A stretch of DNA of 61,322 bases from Vitrella brassicaformis CCMP3155. Taxonomy: Eukaryota; Protista; Chromerida. Position numbers and translations under genes: made by a program. The DNA lies in assembly GCA_001179505.1 (NCBI GenBank), contig CDMY01000512.1:1-61322 (forward strand), read 5' to 3'. The notes below the pieces were generated by a model, which saw only the letters and a program-made list of their open reading frames with translations, made no database searches and was not told the origin of the DNA. Each line of letters opens with the position of its first letter. The first letter of the stretch is position 1. Of this stretch, positions 1 through 12,200 are shown piece by piece.

Positions 1-301
1 CCACCGAGTGCTGCAGGGCTCCCCTGTTGAAAGTGGGACCCCCCAGGACGCAGAGGGCTCCCCCAATGCTGATGCAAAGCTCCCCTGCTGGAGAAAGACC
101 TCTACAGGAACAGAGAGGCCTCCCCCGTGTGCTGCATGCCACCTCCCCCCCTCCCCCTCCCCTGTTCTAGGGTGCATGCCCTACTAAAACAGAGATGGGG
201 GAGGGGGGTCGAGAAGCGGGGGAGCAGGGGAGTGGGGGCGGGGGAGGGTACGGCCCCCATACAATATTACCGCATTTTGTCTTTTCCAGCCCCGCGGCCA
301 C

Positions 302-1433
302 ATGACGACGTACGAGAGGGGCCAAGACACTGGCAAAGGCCCCGGCAAAGGCACGCCGGCCGACAACCGTTCCGCTGCCATGGCTCTCCCCAACATGCCG
401 AAAGCCTCGCTGCCGTCTGCTGAAGACTCAAGGGACGAGAAGCGCCACTCGGTGTCCCCCACTCTGACCGGCTCGCCGCCTTTCATCGCCACAACGATGT
501 TTGGCTCGCCCTCGTTCAAGCCGGTCATTTCGCCCCCCGGCAGCCCATCTGAGGGCACTATTCCACGGCTCACCAGCCCGCCGCCATCCACCATGGACCA
601 GGCCGACCCGTCTCAAGGGCGGCAGCTGCGGCCGAGGCCACACACAGCGGGCAAGAGTTTGCCGACCTACCGTCTCAGCGGCACAGCCCTGTCCCCCAAG
701 AAGCAGTCAGGACAGCAGCAGGGGCGGGGCAAGGGGGGCATGAGGCTGGGCAAGGGCGGGAAGGGCAGCAAGAGCCCTCCCAAGCAGAAACAGCGGCTGG
801 CGATGCTGATGGCCCGACGCAAGGCACTCATGCGCAAACCGTAAGCAGCAAGTCCAGCCAGTGCGGCATACATTCCTCTCCTTGTCTGTGTGTGCACTGT
901 TTTGGTCATGTAGGCACGTGATGTTGAATCTGGCCATCTCCTCTCCGCCCCGAACACCGCAGCACGACCAGTCCAAGGCACTCATCACCCGGAGCACACA
1001 CAAGATGAAGCGTATCTCGGCCGTGCACCAGGAGAACAAGCCCGTCGGTGACCACCACTCGACGGACAACAAAAAGTTCGACATCTTCCGCCCGTGCCAT
1101 TTTGGCTTCGGTTGGGATGAGAGGACTGGGTACCCCATCCTGCCTGCACTGGAGGTGAAGGTCTGGAGTAGCTCTCCAGCCTCCTCGACACCCGATCGAT
1201 GGCTCACCTTCCGGCCAGAGTACCTTTTCGGAGACCTCACGAAGAAAGCACGGGGGAAGGGGGGAGACAAGGGCGGCGAAGGCAAGACCGCATATGGCGG
1301 ATCGCAGGAACAGGAGAGCTCGGGGATCGCTGCGGGGAAGAAGCAGGGAGAGGGGCAGGAATTGAAGGGGCCTGCCGAAGAGGAGATAACGGCCATGACC
1401 CATGACACGGACATCAAACACGAAGATGGATAG
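302..1433 (+). CDS. Hypothetical two-exon protein, mostly low-complexity (Ser/Pro/Gly/Lys-rich) with one compact aromatic segment
   Basis: ORF 302-840 joins ORF frame 861-1433 in frame through a GT-AG intron at 841-913 (CC|G = Pro, then HVMLNL...). No family recognised. Confidence 0.55.
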
Positions 1434-1789
1434 ATAGATAGACTTGATGGAGGGGGAGAGGGGGGATCGGGGGGCATGGCACACACGGATAGATGGATGG
1501 GTGGGTGCGGATGGACGAGACAGACATGTTTTCTTTTGTCTCCTTGGGTGGGGGACACAGAGAGAGAGAGATAGACAGAGGGAGGAACGTACAATGAGAC
1601 ACTCCATCGATCGATCGACGACAAGAAGTAACGAATGATGAATGAACAATGGATGAGTCCACAGACGAAAGAAGAAATCCTGTGTCTCTCTCCCCCAGCA
1701 AAGCAAGCACATCTGTCCTTAATGTAACGTTCCATCAACCCGAGCGGGAAACACAAGAAAACTCCACCCCCCCAATGAATGCATTGACA

Positions 1790-3832
1790 TCACGTCTCCC
1801 TCTTCCCACAGCACTCGTCGCAGGGATAATCCCTCACCTGCTCCCATAGTTGCACACCTTCCCCTCTCTCCCGAGTGGCTCCCTTATCCCCGAAGAACGC
1901 CGCTCTTTGTCTCTCATACCATGCCAGATGGGCCTCAGCAGCCGTCACGTTGTCGATGCGGATGCCCGACCACGCATTGACCCCTTGATTACCGCTGAGG
2001 GAGTCGGGAAAAGCACAGTGGTGCTCACACGACTCGACGAAGGCTGCCCTCCCGTCCAGTGGCGATGATTGTGATAGCCTCCTTCGTCTTCTGGATGTTA
2101 GTCGAAGACCAGGGGGCCTCTGGAGGGCTTGAGTGAGATTTCCCAGCACTAGAGAGCCGTAGATTTTTGTCCTCGTGCCATTATCTCCATAGACATGCCC
2201 GAGGAACTGGGCTAGCTGGAAGCAGAAGGGGTGTGGAATGATGGGTGGCATGGTTGTTCAATTGCGGCTCAGCCGACCTACCTGAATGCGGTCATATATT
2301 GATTGCACCAGGAACATCGGCGTCTGCACGTAAGAGGCGACGTTCTGGGCAAAGAAACACTCCCACCCAGTGGAGCCGCGGCCCTTATCTGCATCCACAG
2401 AATCGATGGTTCCGCCTCTTATGTTTCCGGCTTACAGTCTCTGACGCACTCCTGATTGACAGCTGACGACGCATTCGTGCTCTCATATATCCTGCAGCGC
2501 AGTGGAAGCAAATGGCGGCCGTTTCACATTAGTGTCTCTCTCTTGTCCATTTACCCACTGACCATTTCATGGTCTTGGCGTACGAGTCATACTTGGTGTT
2601 GGCTGCGGGAGCAAACCATTCCAGAAAGAAACTGCAGAGCGATCCACACAAACACACATCATGCGATTGATCCGGCCATTCATGTCTCCCCAGCGCTCGA
2701 ACAAAAACCTACCCGCTGTCTGGCAATGCCGTCACGAATGTCTTCTCGGGCAGCAGCTTCCCCAGCCAGTCGACATTGAGCAGCACACCCAGCCCGCCCG
2801 CACTGCACCCCGAGATGACGACGTCTGTGGCGCCGTTCATCCCCTGGTTCTCAAGGAGGTCTTCAAATATGTCTACCAAGAGGCCATGACCTGATCGTCA
2901 ACACACAAACTCCATTCAGGCTGTCAATGTGTTTCTGATAAGTCTCAATGTGTGTCGCACCTTTGAAGTAGAGGTCCACTGGTTGTCCATCTTCTTTTGT
3001 GTAGACCACTTTGTCCTTCAGATTTGAGCTGTATGAGCTGCCATCGCAGTACCAGATCCACACCTGCACGCACACAAGACAAACACCCATCAATCCCTCT
3101 GCACGCTTCCTCTTATGCCTCTTGGCCCATCTTACGTAGTTCCAGTCGTGAAAGAGTGGGTTGGCCTTGGCATCTCGGTTGAAGTAGGCACTACTTTCTT
3201 CCATATCGACGAGGTTCGGCGCCAGCCTGCTTGTGCCATAGGGCGTGGTCGCACGCAGTGCACAGTGATCGGTGACGAATTTGGTGTCCTCGGACTGGTC
3301 CAGGGTGCACCAGCCACCTTGACAGAGACACCCAGAGGGATTGCAAACACCGCGTCATGAGGCATGAATGTCTGTATTACCTCCCGAGAGGTGCACGAGC
3401 CACTTGTCGATTGACCGCATTGCTCCCTGGCTGAGGTGGTAGGCGGGGGGCGAGCCGTCCAGACATGAACCGTGTTTGCCAGACGTCACATGCCTGGATG
3501 CATCAACAACACAACACACCACAGACAGATGCCATCAATGCACCTGCAATGCGCCGACCCTCACTTGTTTCCGGAGGCCATAGCAGCGATAATGAGCGTA
3601 GTCACGAGGATGCCAAGCATTGTGACCAGCAGCACGACGCTCGCAGCCGTGCTCATCCATGGCAGTGCCGGCCTCTCCTCCTTGACTGTGATTCGTCTCG
3701 GCTCGGCGTCCGACTCATCGGCCTCAACTTCCTTGGAAGAATCTCTCCTCCCCGAACCTGAGCGATACACGTGGTACGCCAACATAATCGCTGGCTCTTT
3801 CTCCGCTTGAGTTTGTGAAAATAATACGTCCG
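1790..3832 (-). CDS. Pectin acetylesterase / Notum family alpha/beta hydrolase with an N-terminal membrane anchor (multi-exon; start codon unresolved, may extend to about 4300)
   Basis: Spliced exons give CLDGSPPAYHL...WLVHLSG, NPLFHDWNYV..YCDGSS, LYFKG, VVISGCSAGG (nucleophile motif at about 2793-2810), CFFAQN..TPMFLVQSIYD and AFVESCEHHC, ending YPCDECCGKRET* at 1790. A hydrophobic stretch SVVLLVTMLGILVTTLIIAAM (about 3575-3650) splices in frame to the CLDGS exon. Confidence 0.9.
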
Positions 3833-4728
3833 CTTGAGACGCGGAAGGGGGCAAGACGCCCACATGATCATTGCATGTGTTTACATGATTTCGGCCCTTG
3901 AGCTGATTGAAATGACGACGCTTTTGCTGCTTTTGGTGGCCGTAGAGTGGTTGGTGGGTGTGGTGCATTGCCTGGAGGAGTGTCCGTCATCCGTTGGGCA
4001 CGACTGGGACAAGTACGGAGAAGATCTGTACATCTGCCGGTCGCTGGTGTTCGCGGGACACACTGAACAGAGCAAGGTAAAGGCAAGAAAAGAACAGCAG
4101 TGGGAACACAGACACACAAGAATGACCCGTTTGCTGTGCTGTGGGCAGGTGTGTCACATAGACCTGTTGGCGTCTGTCCTCCGTGATCTGCCCACCGCCT
4201 TTGAGTGCCCGCTTGGCATCGCGTCGGCGTTCTTTTCACTCGCACACATACTCACATTTCAGGTTTGGTTTGCAGGTCATCGACATTAATGGCGCGGATG
4301 TCCCTCATTGTCTTTCCCTTCTTCCTCCCCGTCCCGTGCAGGGCTTTGTTCGGCGGCCTCTCGCTCTGATCCAGCTGGGCTTCATCTATGTGCAGAAAAA
4401 CAGAGGTGGGTGGGACGGATGCCTGGCGGAGTGAGCACTGGCTCAGCAACATGCATACATACTGGTGCTCTCAGGTTTCCGCGAGTCGACTGCCTTCCCG
4501 GTGCAGGGATGGGATATGCTGCTGGCCGGCAGAGCACTCAGGTGGGTGTCAAGATCCACCGGACGGACGTCAGTGCAACAACCGTTCGTTGTGTGCGTGT
4601 GCGCTTTGTCAGGGAGCGTGTGGAGGTGCTTGATGCGCCATTCACGGTGGATGTGCCCAAGACGACCAGACGTAAGCTGGAGAGGGGGGGAACGTTTGGC
4701 TGTCTTCTCACTCATCTGACCGATGCAG

Positions 4729-6176
4729 TTGCTGGTGAGAACATCGCCATTCTGTCGATATGTGGCTACGACGCGCAGCAGCCTGTGCGCATGCTCGGTC
4801 GGTCGGTGAGATCGATGCCGTCCGCTGTCCAGTCATGCACGTGTGGAGGAGGGGGGATGCGTGTGTCTGTTTAGGGAGCGAGAACCACGCCATGTACGCC
4901 GCCCGTCATGGGTACACCCTCTACCAGCTCAACGAACCACAAGACACAACCAGGTGGGAAACACGGGACAAGTGAGTACATCCGTGTATTCCGTGTACAT
5001 GTGAGTGTGCAGGTCTGGCTTCTGGTGGAAAGTGGCAGCTCTGCGGCGCGTCATGAAGCCAGGCAGGCAACCCCATTCCACCCTCCATCCACGCACACAC
5101 ACACAACGCACGATGGATGCCTCTCCCTCCCTCCCTCCCTCCCTCCCTCCCCCAGATGCCCCGCACAAGCACACATGGGTGTTGTGGCTCGACTGCGACG
5201 CCTTCTTCATGGACCCCCACCGCACCATCGACTCCATCATCGCTACTTACACACAGCGCTCACCCCCAAACCCCACACCCATAGCCACACACACCACCAA
5301 TGCCACCAATGCGACTGCGGTTGAGCTGCTGATTGCCGACGACACAACGGGGCTCAACAACGGCGTGTTTGCGATGCGGGTGGGTGCGTGGGGCCGGGCG
5401 TTTGTGGAGGAGTGGTGGAAGAGCTATGCGGTCTTCGACGAGAGACACAACTGCTCCGACCAGGCCAGCATGGAGGTCAGTGGTGGGTGGGGAAGGAGCG
5501 AGGGATGGAGGGATATATGCGATGCATCGTCTGTATGCTGTGTCAGTATTTACTGCTGCACCAGAGGGCGTTGGCGTTGTCAAGGATAGGAAAGAAGGGC
5601 GATTTCACCGACGAATGGCAACCGTGGCCACCGCAGGTCGATCATTGCGACCATTCCTCGATCTCATGTGCATCTTTGTGCATCTTCTCCATGTCTCGAC
5701 GGGCTGTGCAGGTGCGCATAGTGCGTCAGAAGCATTTGAATTCCTTCCACAGCGCCACGGCATCGCTCGTACTCTCGAGGCAAGCACGCCACATACACGG
5801 GCGCACGAATGACCGCGTCTCTAGACTTTGCAGGGAATGGCAAGAAGGCGACTTCATCAAACACCACCCAGGTGGCTGTGGATGCATAGAGGGCGGATGA
5901 AGGAGGAGGGCAGAATGAATGCGCCGACGACTTTTCTGTGGTTTGTATCATTGTGTGTGGGCAGGTTGTCACTACTACAAGAAGCCCTGCCAGCAGCTGT
6001 ACTTCCAGGCACACCAGTACTTCTACACACAGCTGGTGAAGGACAGCCAACAGCCCACAACACCGCCATCATTATCGCATCAGAATGCTTCCACCACACA
6101 GCAGCTCGACAGCAGTAGGACATACAGTGAGGCTGGCAGTAGTGTCCCGACGGTTGTGGGCGTAGCGAGTGCATGA
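4729..6176 (+). CDS. Glycosyltransferase family 34 (GMA12/MNN10 galactosyltransferase-like), multi-exon; 5' end and last exon uncertain
   Basis: Exons give NHAMYAARHGY, WWKVAALRRVM, WVLWLDCDAFF (DxD), LLIADDTTGLNNGVF, SDQASM, LNSF and WQEGDFIKHHPG. This is the typical motif order of GT34. Confidence 0.85.
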
Positions 6177-6554
6177 CCGAATGACATGTGTGCATGACCC
6201 ACACCGAATTGTCACATCAGACATTACATATGTGAAGCCAACATTCCCCAGGTGGCTGCAGCTGCTGAGACACGTTTGACGCCCACTGCATCCGCATTGA
6301 CATCATGCCTCAAGAGGCATGATGCTGACACGGAGCCGGCGGGGATCCGACCTGCCTGAGGAACAGCCGAGGCCCAACATTACTGTGTCTGGACAGCCCA
6401 CCAACCCAACAACCCGCCAAATGTCATCCTCTCTGTCTGTCTGTCTGTCTGTCTTTCTCTCTCCCTTCACGACAAAACACAATGCCTACCCATTCACTCT
6501 CACGCCACACCCCCTCCCTCCCCCCCTCCCTCCCTCCCTCCGCTCTATGATCAT

Positions 6555-9064
6555 TCATGCCTCGTCGCCCATGTACGATGGCACGAGCCGCTTCCTCTTC
6601 TCCTTGGCGTGGACTATACCCTCCTTGCGCGAGAAGTGCGTCACGCGGCATGCGTCGAATATGTGTGGCTTGTAGATGGACCGCCCGCTCAGCAGACGAC
6701 ACACCTCCAACACGCCCTCCGTGATGGCCGGGTGCGGGTGCAACACCCCCTCCAGGTAACGCACAGAGTCGCCCTGACACCACCAACCACACAAGCGGAT
6801 GGATGGATGGATGAATGGGTGGATGGATGGATGGATGGATGCTCTCTCCCTCCCTTGATTGATCGCGCACCTGGGCAATGAGGAGTGCGGCCGATTGGAT
6901 GACGGCGGACGCATCGACACCGACAGCGCGCATGCCGAGGAGTTTTTTGTAGTCGTCGTCGGTGACGATCATCTTGACGAAGCCGCACCGGTCGGGGTCG
7001 ACGCGGCCAGTGTCGTGTGACAGGTTCCTGGGTGGGGACGGAGGGTGCATGTGTGTGCTGTGTGTGGGTGTGTCGAGTGTTGAGTGACGTACCAGTCGAT
7101 GACGGCTCTGTTGACCACATCGAGTCGAAGAGTGGCCACCTTGTGCGCTATCTGCCGACGACGCGCCTCTGTACAGGTACAGGGACAGAGAAAGCATCTG
7201 TATATGTATGTTGCTGTGTGTCGCATACACACCACTTTCATTCATGCCGACGCACGCCACTTCTGGTCTCAGAAACATGATACTCGACACGTTGTGGTAG
7301 TTGAGGGGCGTGGCGGGGTTCTTGTGGCCAAACATCATCTCCACCGCATACCTAACATATACACATTTACCCCCATCGACACACACGTGTCTGCCTGTTT
7401 GTCTGGCTCATCTCTCTCACCGTGCCTCCATTTCCGCCACACTCACGAGGCCCACGTCAACCGTCACATCGCCTGCAGCACTGATGTGCGGCGCCCCCGC
7501 CACAGCCAGGCTCTTCTTCTCCACCTCCAGTGCTCCCCCAGAGCCTAGCGTGACGCCCGCTTTCTCGAGAGCTGACACCCGTCCACACACAACACACGTG
7601 TCTGTATGGACCTGTACGGGTGGTTGTGGAGCTGTCTAGGTATGTGTGGCTACCGAGGGTGTCGGTGTTTGGCACTCTCCCGACGCTGAGAAGGACCTTG
7701 TCGACGCGTATTTTCTTCTCCTCGATGAACTCCTGTGTTTGTGGCTGTGCCTGTGGCTGGTCATCACTGGGGGAGGGGGGCAGCACCCCGATGGTCACCT
7801 CGACCTCTTGTTTGGCCTCGTCGATATCCACACCTGCCGGGCGAAGAGATCGGCGTTTGGATGTGTGTGGGTGTGGGTGTGAATGGCTAGCCGGGTGGAT
7901 GGTTGTACCTATGACTTTGACGTTGTTGTGTATGTGCACGCCCCCCATGGCGAAGTTGGAAGTGATAAACGCCGCCAAATCCTCATCCTCCTGCCCGATT
8001 CAGCACACACACGCACATCCAGGTGCGCAGAAAAAAGGTCTGTACACACCACCCTCCCCACCTGCGGGAGCAGCCTCGGTCTTCTCTCGTTGATGAGGTG
8101 GACTTGAGAGAAGCCGAAGTTGCCAAATATGGCGGCGAACTCACAGCCGATCACACCCGCACCAATTATCATCAACCTGAGGCACCACATAAACACATAC
8201 ATCCACCCCCACATTACGGTGCGAACACTTGCATCTGTGCGTATGGCTATCCCTCCCTCCCTCTTTCTCTTGCTCACCGTTTCGGGAACTGGTCGAATGA
8301 GAGCAGGTGGTCAGATGTGACGACATACTTGCCGTAAACAGGGATGGACGGCAGCTCCCGCGGCCGACTCCCGGTCGCTATGAGGAAGTGCTCTGCCTCA
8401 ATGACCCCCTCGTGCCCTTCCGGCCCCCTCACCCCCAGCCGATGTTTATCGAGAAATTTGGCGTCGGCCACCTCCTGCCAGTCGACCATGCCTCCGCCGC
8501 CGTCCTCCCTGGCACTGTAGCGCATCCTCTTGCTGAGGCCCGCCAGGTGCATCTCGAAGTGGTGCCGCTTGAAGTCTACCGACTCGCCCACAGACGTCTT
8601 GATGTGCTGATATGTCCGCGCTGAACGATTGAGGGAAACAGAGGAAACGTGTGCCTATGCCGCATGCGGCGTTGTTTGGCACGTACTTGATTCTGCGTCT
8701 TGCACATCGGGGTGGTATCTCTTGTTGATGCTCTGCAGGTGTCGGAATTGCCGCGACAGTTGCCACATGACCTTGCTCGACAAAGCACCAGCAGCAAGAC
8801 TCGCCCCGCCGAGCGGGCCCTTGTTCACCAGACACACCTGGATGGATCAATGAATGACAAACAACCAAACCACAGTCGTCGGCACATCATGACCTGGCTG
8901 ACACTGACCTTTCTGCCAAAGTCCCATGCTCTCACAGCAGCGGCGAACCCAGCAGCCCCGCCGCCCACGATGCAGAGGTCGTATCGACTGCCTGCAGCAG
9001 TGGCCTCTGAAGCAGCGGTGGACGCGGATGATGACAGCAGCCGACGAAAGATAGGCGATTTCAT
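6555..9064 (-). CDS. Class I pyridine nucleotide-disulfide oxidoreductase (dihydrolipoamide dehydrogenase-like flavoprotein) lacking the CxxxxC disulfide; possible mitochondrial presequence
   Basis: YDLCIVGGGAAG (FAD site), GGASLAAGALSSK at the usual GGTCxxxGCIPSK position, LIATGSRP, IIGAGVIGCEFA (NAD site), LLSVGRVPN, and the interface domain GFVKMIV...LLGMRAVG...HPHPAITEG. The N-terminus MKSPIFRRLLSSSAST is Arg/Ser-rich with no acidic residues. Confidence 0.88.
6807..6840. repeat. (GGAT)n microsatellite, one example of the many intronic and intergenic simple repeats (GGAT, GT/CA, GA, CAGT)
   Basis: Read directly from the sequence. Similar tracts occur at 35021-35045, 36008-36032, 39700-39710, 51832-51873 and 58675-58700. 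Confidence 0.95.
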
Positions 9065-9243
9065 CTCTGAGTGTGAGATGTCAGTGGCTCCACACACAAT
9101 GTGTCACTCGCGTCGAGTGTCCACGCCTTGCGATCCTTGAGGTCCTCAGGCTCTTTGAGCTTGCGTTTTTCCCTTCAGCCCCCACCCTTGAGGCCTGAGG
9201 CTGTTCCCCCCTACTCTTTTCCAGCGAGCAGCCACAGCAAGCA

Positions 9244-12200
9244 ATGGATGTCCAGCCTCTCCACGCCCCTGCATCCATGATCAGGCATCCGCCGACGGTG
9301 AGCCATCACGCCCCCACGCCGCTTTCTTTGGCCATGCGGAAAGCGGCCGGCGTGCATTCCATGCCTGGCGGGCACAACTCGGCGGCCTCAGTGGCGACCC
9401 TGGGCACCACGGAGAGCGTCCCGTTGAGAAGAGTTAGAGAAATCCTTCAGAAACGAGGCGACGAGAGGTATGGAGGGGATGGGCTGCCACTGGGTGATGG
9501 GTCGTCTGCGTTGTTGCGTAATGGCGGTTGATTTGTGGTTTATGTTGCGTTCGTTTGCTGCAGGACAGAGGATGAGATAAGGCATGTGTTCAACTACATG
9601 GAATTGAATCTCGACTGCGCGTTCCTCAAGAAGCTCGACCGCAATGTGCGCATCGAGTGCTGCCGGCGATATGCTTACGAGGCGTGCTTGGCAGGACAGA
9701 ATGTCTTCCTGGAGGGAGACGACGGATCTACCTTCTACGTCATCCTGCAAGGCAACGAGACGACACTAATGCCAAGGTTTCCACACAAGTGACCGTGTCT
9801 CTGCTTTGCAGGCAGCGTGTCGGTCTACATCGCCGACCGCACCGTCGAGGACTCATCCCCTTCCCCGCCACCCCCATTCATTCGGCCAGCAAGAGACAAG
9901 AGAGTCTCCATCACCATGGAGCCGGTCAGCCCCATGCATACATCGCAGATGCTCGCGACACTCAAACGCAAGACCACATCGACCGCCCTGGCCCAGTCGA
10001 GCAAAGTTAATGGGCAGCAGACCGGACGGGACAGTTCCGAGGACAGGGCGAGCCTCAGCTGCAGTCGGCCTGCGTCAGCCAGTGGCGAGAGGGATGCGGC
10101 GGAGCGGCCAATGCTTTGGAGGGGGCTGACGCGATCGATCACCAGGATGATGACCAGGTCGCCCACCATGCTCACCGAGAGCAGAATGGGTGAGCTGGTG
10201 TCAGTGGCACCGGTGATGTGGATGTTTTGTTGGATGCTGCAGACCATCCGAGCCCCAGGATGCGCCGAGGTCCGACCAACCCTTCGCAGATGAAGTTGGT
10301 GGCCAAGATGAAGGAGGGCGACGCATTCGGGGAAATGGCACTCCAGACAGACGGCAAAAGGTATGCATGCTGGCTGCTCTGCTTGCTCGTCTTCATTGGC
10401 GAGCAGATGATCCTTGTTGGTTTTCTTTGTGTCGTGTCAGAAAGGCCACCATCCATGCCGACACTGACTGCCAGTTCGCCACACTCGAGAGAGACGACTA
10501 CAAGGTCAAAACAGGAATGCAGCGCTCTCCAGCGACGCTGTGTGGATATGAGGTGTTGCGTACGCATGTGGTGCGACATGCCATGCAGAGCGTGTTGTCT
10601 GAGTTCATGACCCGGCAGCATCAGCGCAAGGTCGCCTTCCTCGCACTCGTTCCTCTCTTTGCTGAGTGGAGCCCGACCTCGCTTGACCGACTCGCCAACG
10701 CCATATATACTCGCGAGTGCAAGAGAGGCGACATCATATACTCTCAGGGCGACCACCCGTCAGAAATATTCCTCGTCAAGGAAGGCGATTTTCAGGTCAA
10801 AAACAGAAGCAGCGACAAGACGGCGTGAATCAATCAGGTCTGTCTGTCTGTCTGTCTGGACAGATGCGCAAGAGCGTCAGCCGCAAGCGGCCGTTGGATC
10901 GTCAGCTTGAGTCAATGCGTCGAGTGGAGATGAAGACGCCAGGCAGGCCTCGCTCGCCATCGCCGTCACAGGCCAAGGTGAACAAGGACGGCGAGAGGAC
11001 CAAAGGAGGCGGAGCCAAGCAGCAGATGGACACCGATGGCAGTGTGGCGGTGGCGCTGCTTGGCAAGCCGCAGTTCTTCGGCTTTGAGGAGTATGTGGCG
11101 GGAGGGCCGGCGAGGCCGAGGTTCTCGACAGTGCTGTGTGCATCGGGTGGGTGAGGGAGGGACACCACAAACACAGTCCAATGTACTGCACATGACCTTT
11201 TTCTCATACGGCTGGTGTCTCTGTGCGTTTGTTTGTAGGGCACGGAGAGGTGAGTGCCAGACGATTGTGCTGAAATGCGCCGCAATCAATGCATTTTTGT
11301 CTGCAGTTGTTGTCGCTGCCCGGCAACCAGCTAATCAGCCGTCTGGATCTCTCTCGCAGAAGATTTCTCGCTAACGCAAAGGAGGCAGCCCAAGACTTCA
11401 ACCTGTCAGTCCGTCACAATTTTGCATAACACATGCTCGCAAACCAGACAGCTTTTGTGCTTCTCTTCTTCAGGCAGCGGTGGTACCTCTTTGCGCTCAT
11501 TCAGCGTGTCGCCGACATCGTTCAGAAGGTGGGGGCACCGGCAAATATCACCAGCCAATGCAGCCACCATCTTTGCGTCATTCTCTCTGTCCCTTGTGCA
11601 TCCAATCATCCAGTACAGCCCCGCCACCCGATTGTTTATCACGCACTTTGTCCGTCAGAAAGGAGAGAAGATGCAGCTGGCGTTACCACCGCCCGGGGCG
11701 AGTGAGGACGAGAGCGGCACCGGCGATGAGGGCGAGGACAGTGAGGAGGAGCAGGGCGGCAGTGGGAAGGGTGTCCTGCTTTACGAGAGACCCACCGTGA
11801 ACGAAGGGATGAAAAGGAAGCTCAAAAGGAAGGACCGAGTGCTGCAGGTGGGAGAAAAGAATGGAGAGTCCCCATCGGAGAGAGACATATCGATGGATCT
11901 CATGGATCTCATTCCATGTGTGCCCATTTGTGTCTTCAGCGGCGCCACTTTGCCCGTGTCAAGAGGTATAAGGAAGTGGTCAACGCCAACTACCCACCGG
12001 CCTCGCGTCCACACAGCGCCGAGGCCTCTATAGGCCCCTCGAAACTCGGCCCTCGTCAGCAAGTGCTCGAGGCCATCAGTCCCGACCCTCGGGACCTCCA
12101 GCTGGCTACTCAACGGGTGGGTGGCGATGAGAGGAAGCGAAATGCGTTTGCCCCTCCTTTGCACACGTCATGTGTTGCGCACAGCTTTCCAGCGGCGTGT

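Noticed and set aside
1-260. Loose repeats of GGGCTCCCC-like words and opposing C-rich and G-rich tracts (possible G-quadruplex)
   Set aside because: The units are too degenerate and irregular to call an array, and such tracts are common in this genome.
707-1756. 349-aa minus-strand ORF and similar long antisense ORFs (for example 6424-7386 partly, 46953-48311 and 57767-58786)
   Set aside because: They are shadows of GC-rich coding sequence or microsatellite read-through. They have no motifs of their own, except the short PP2C fragment reported separately.
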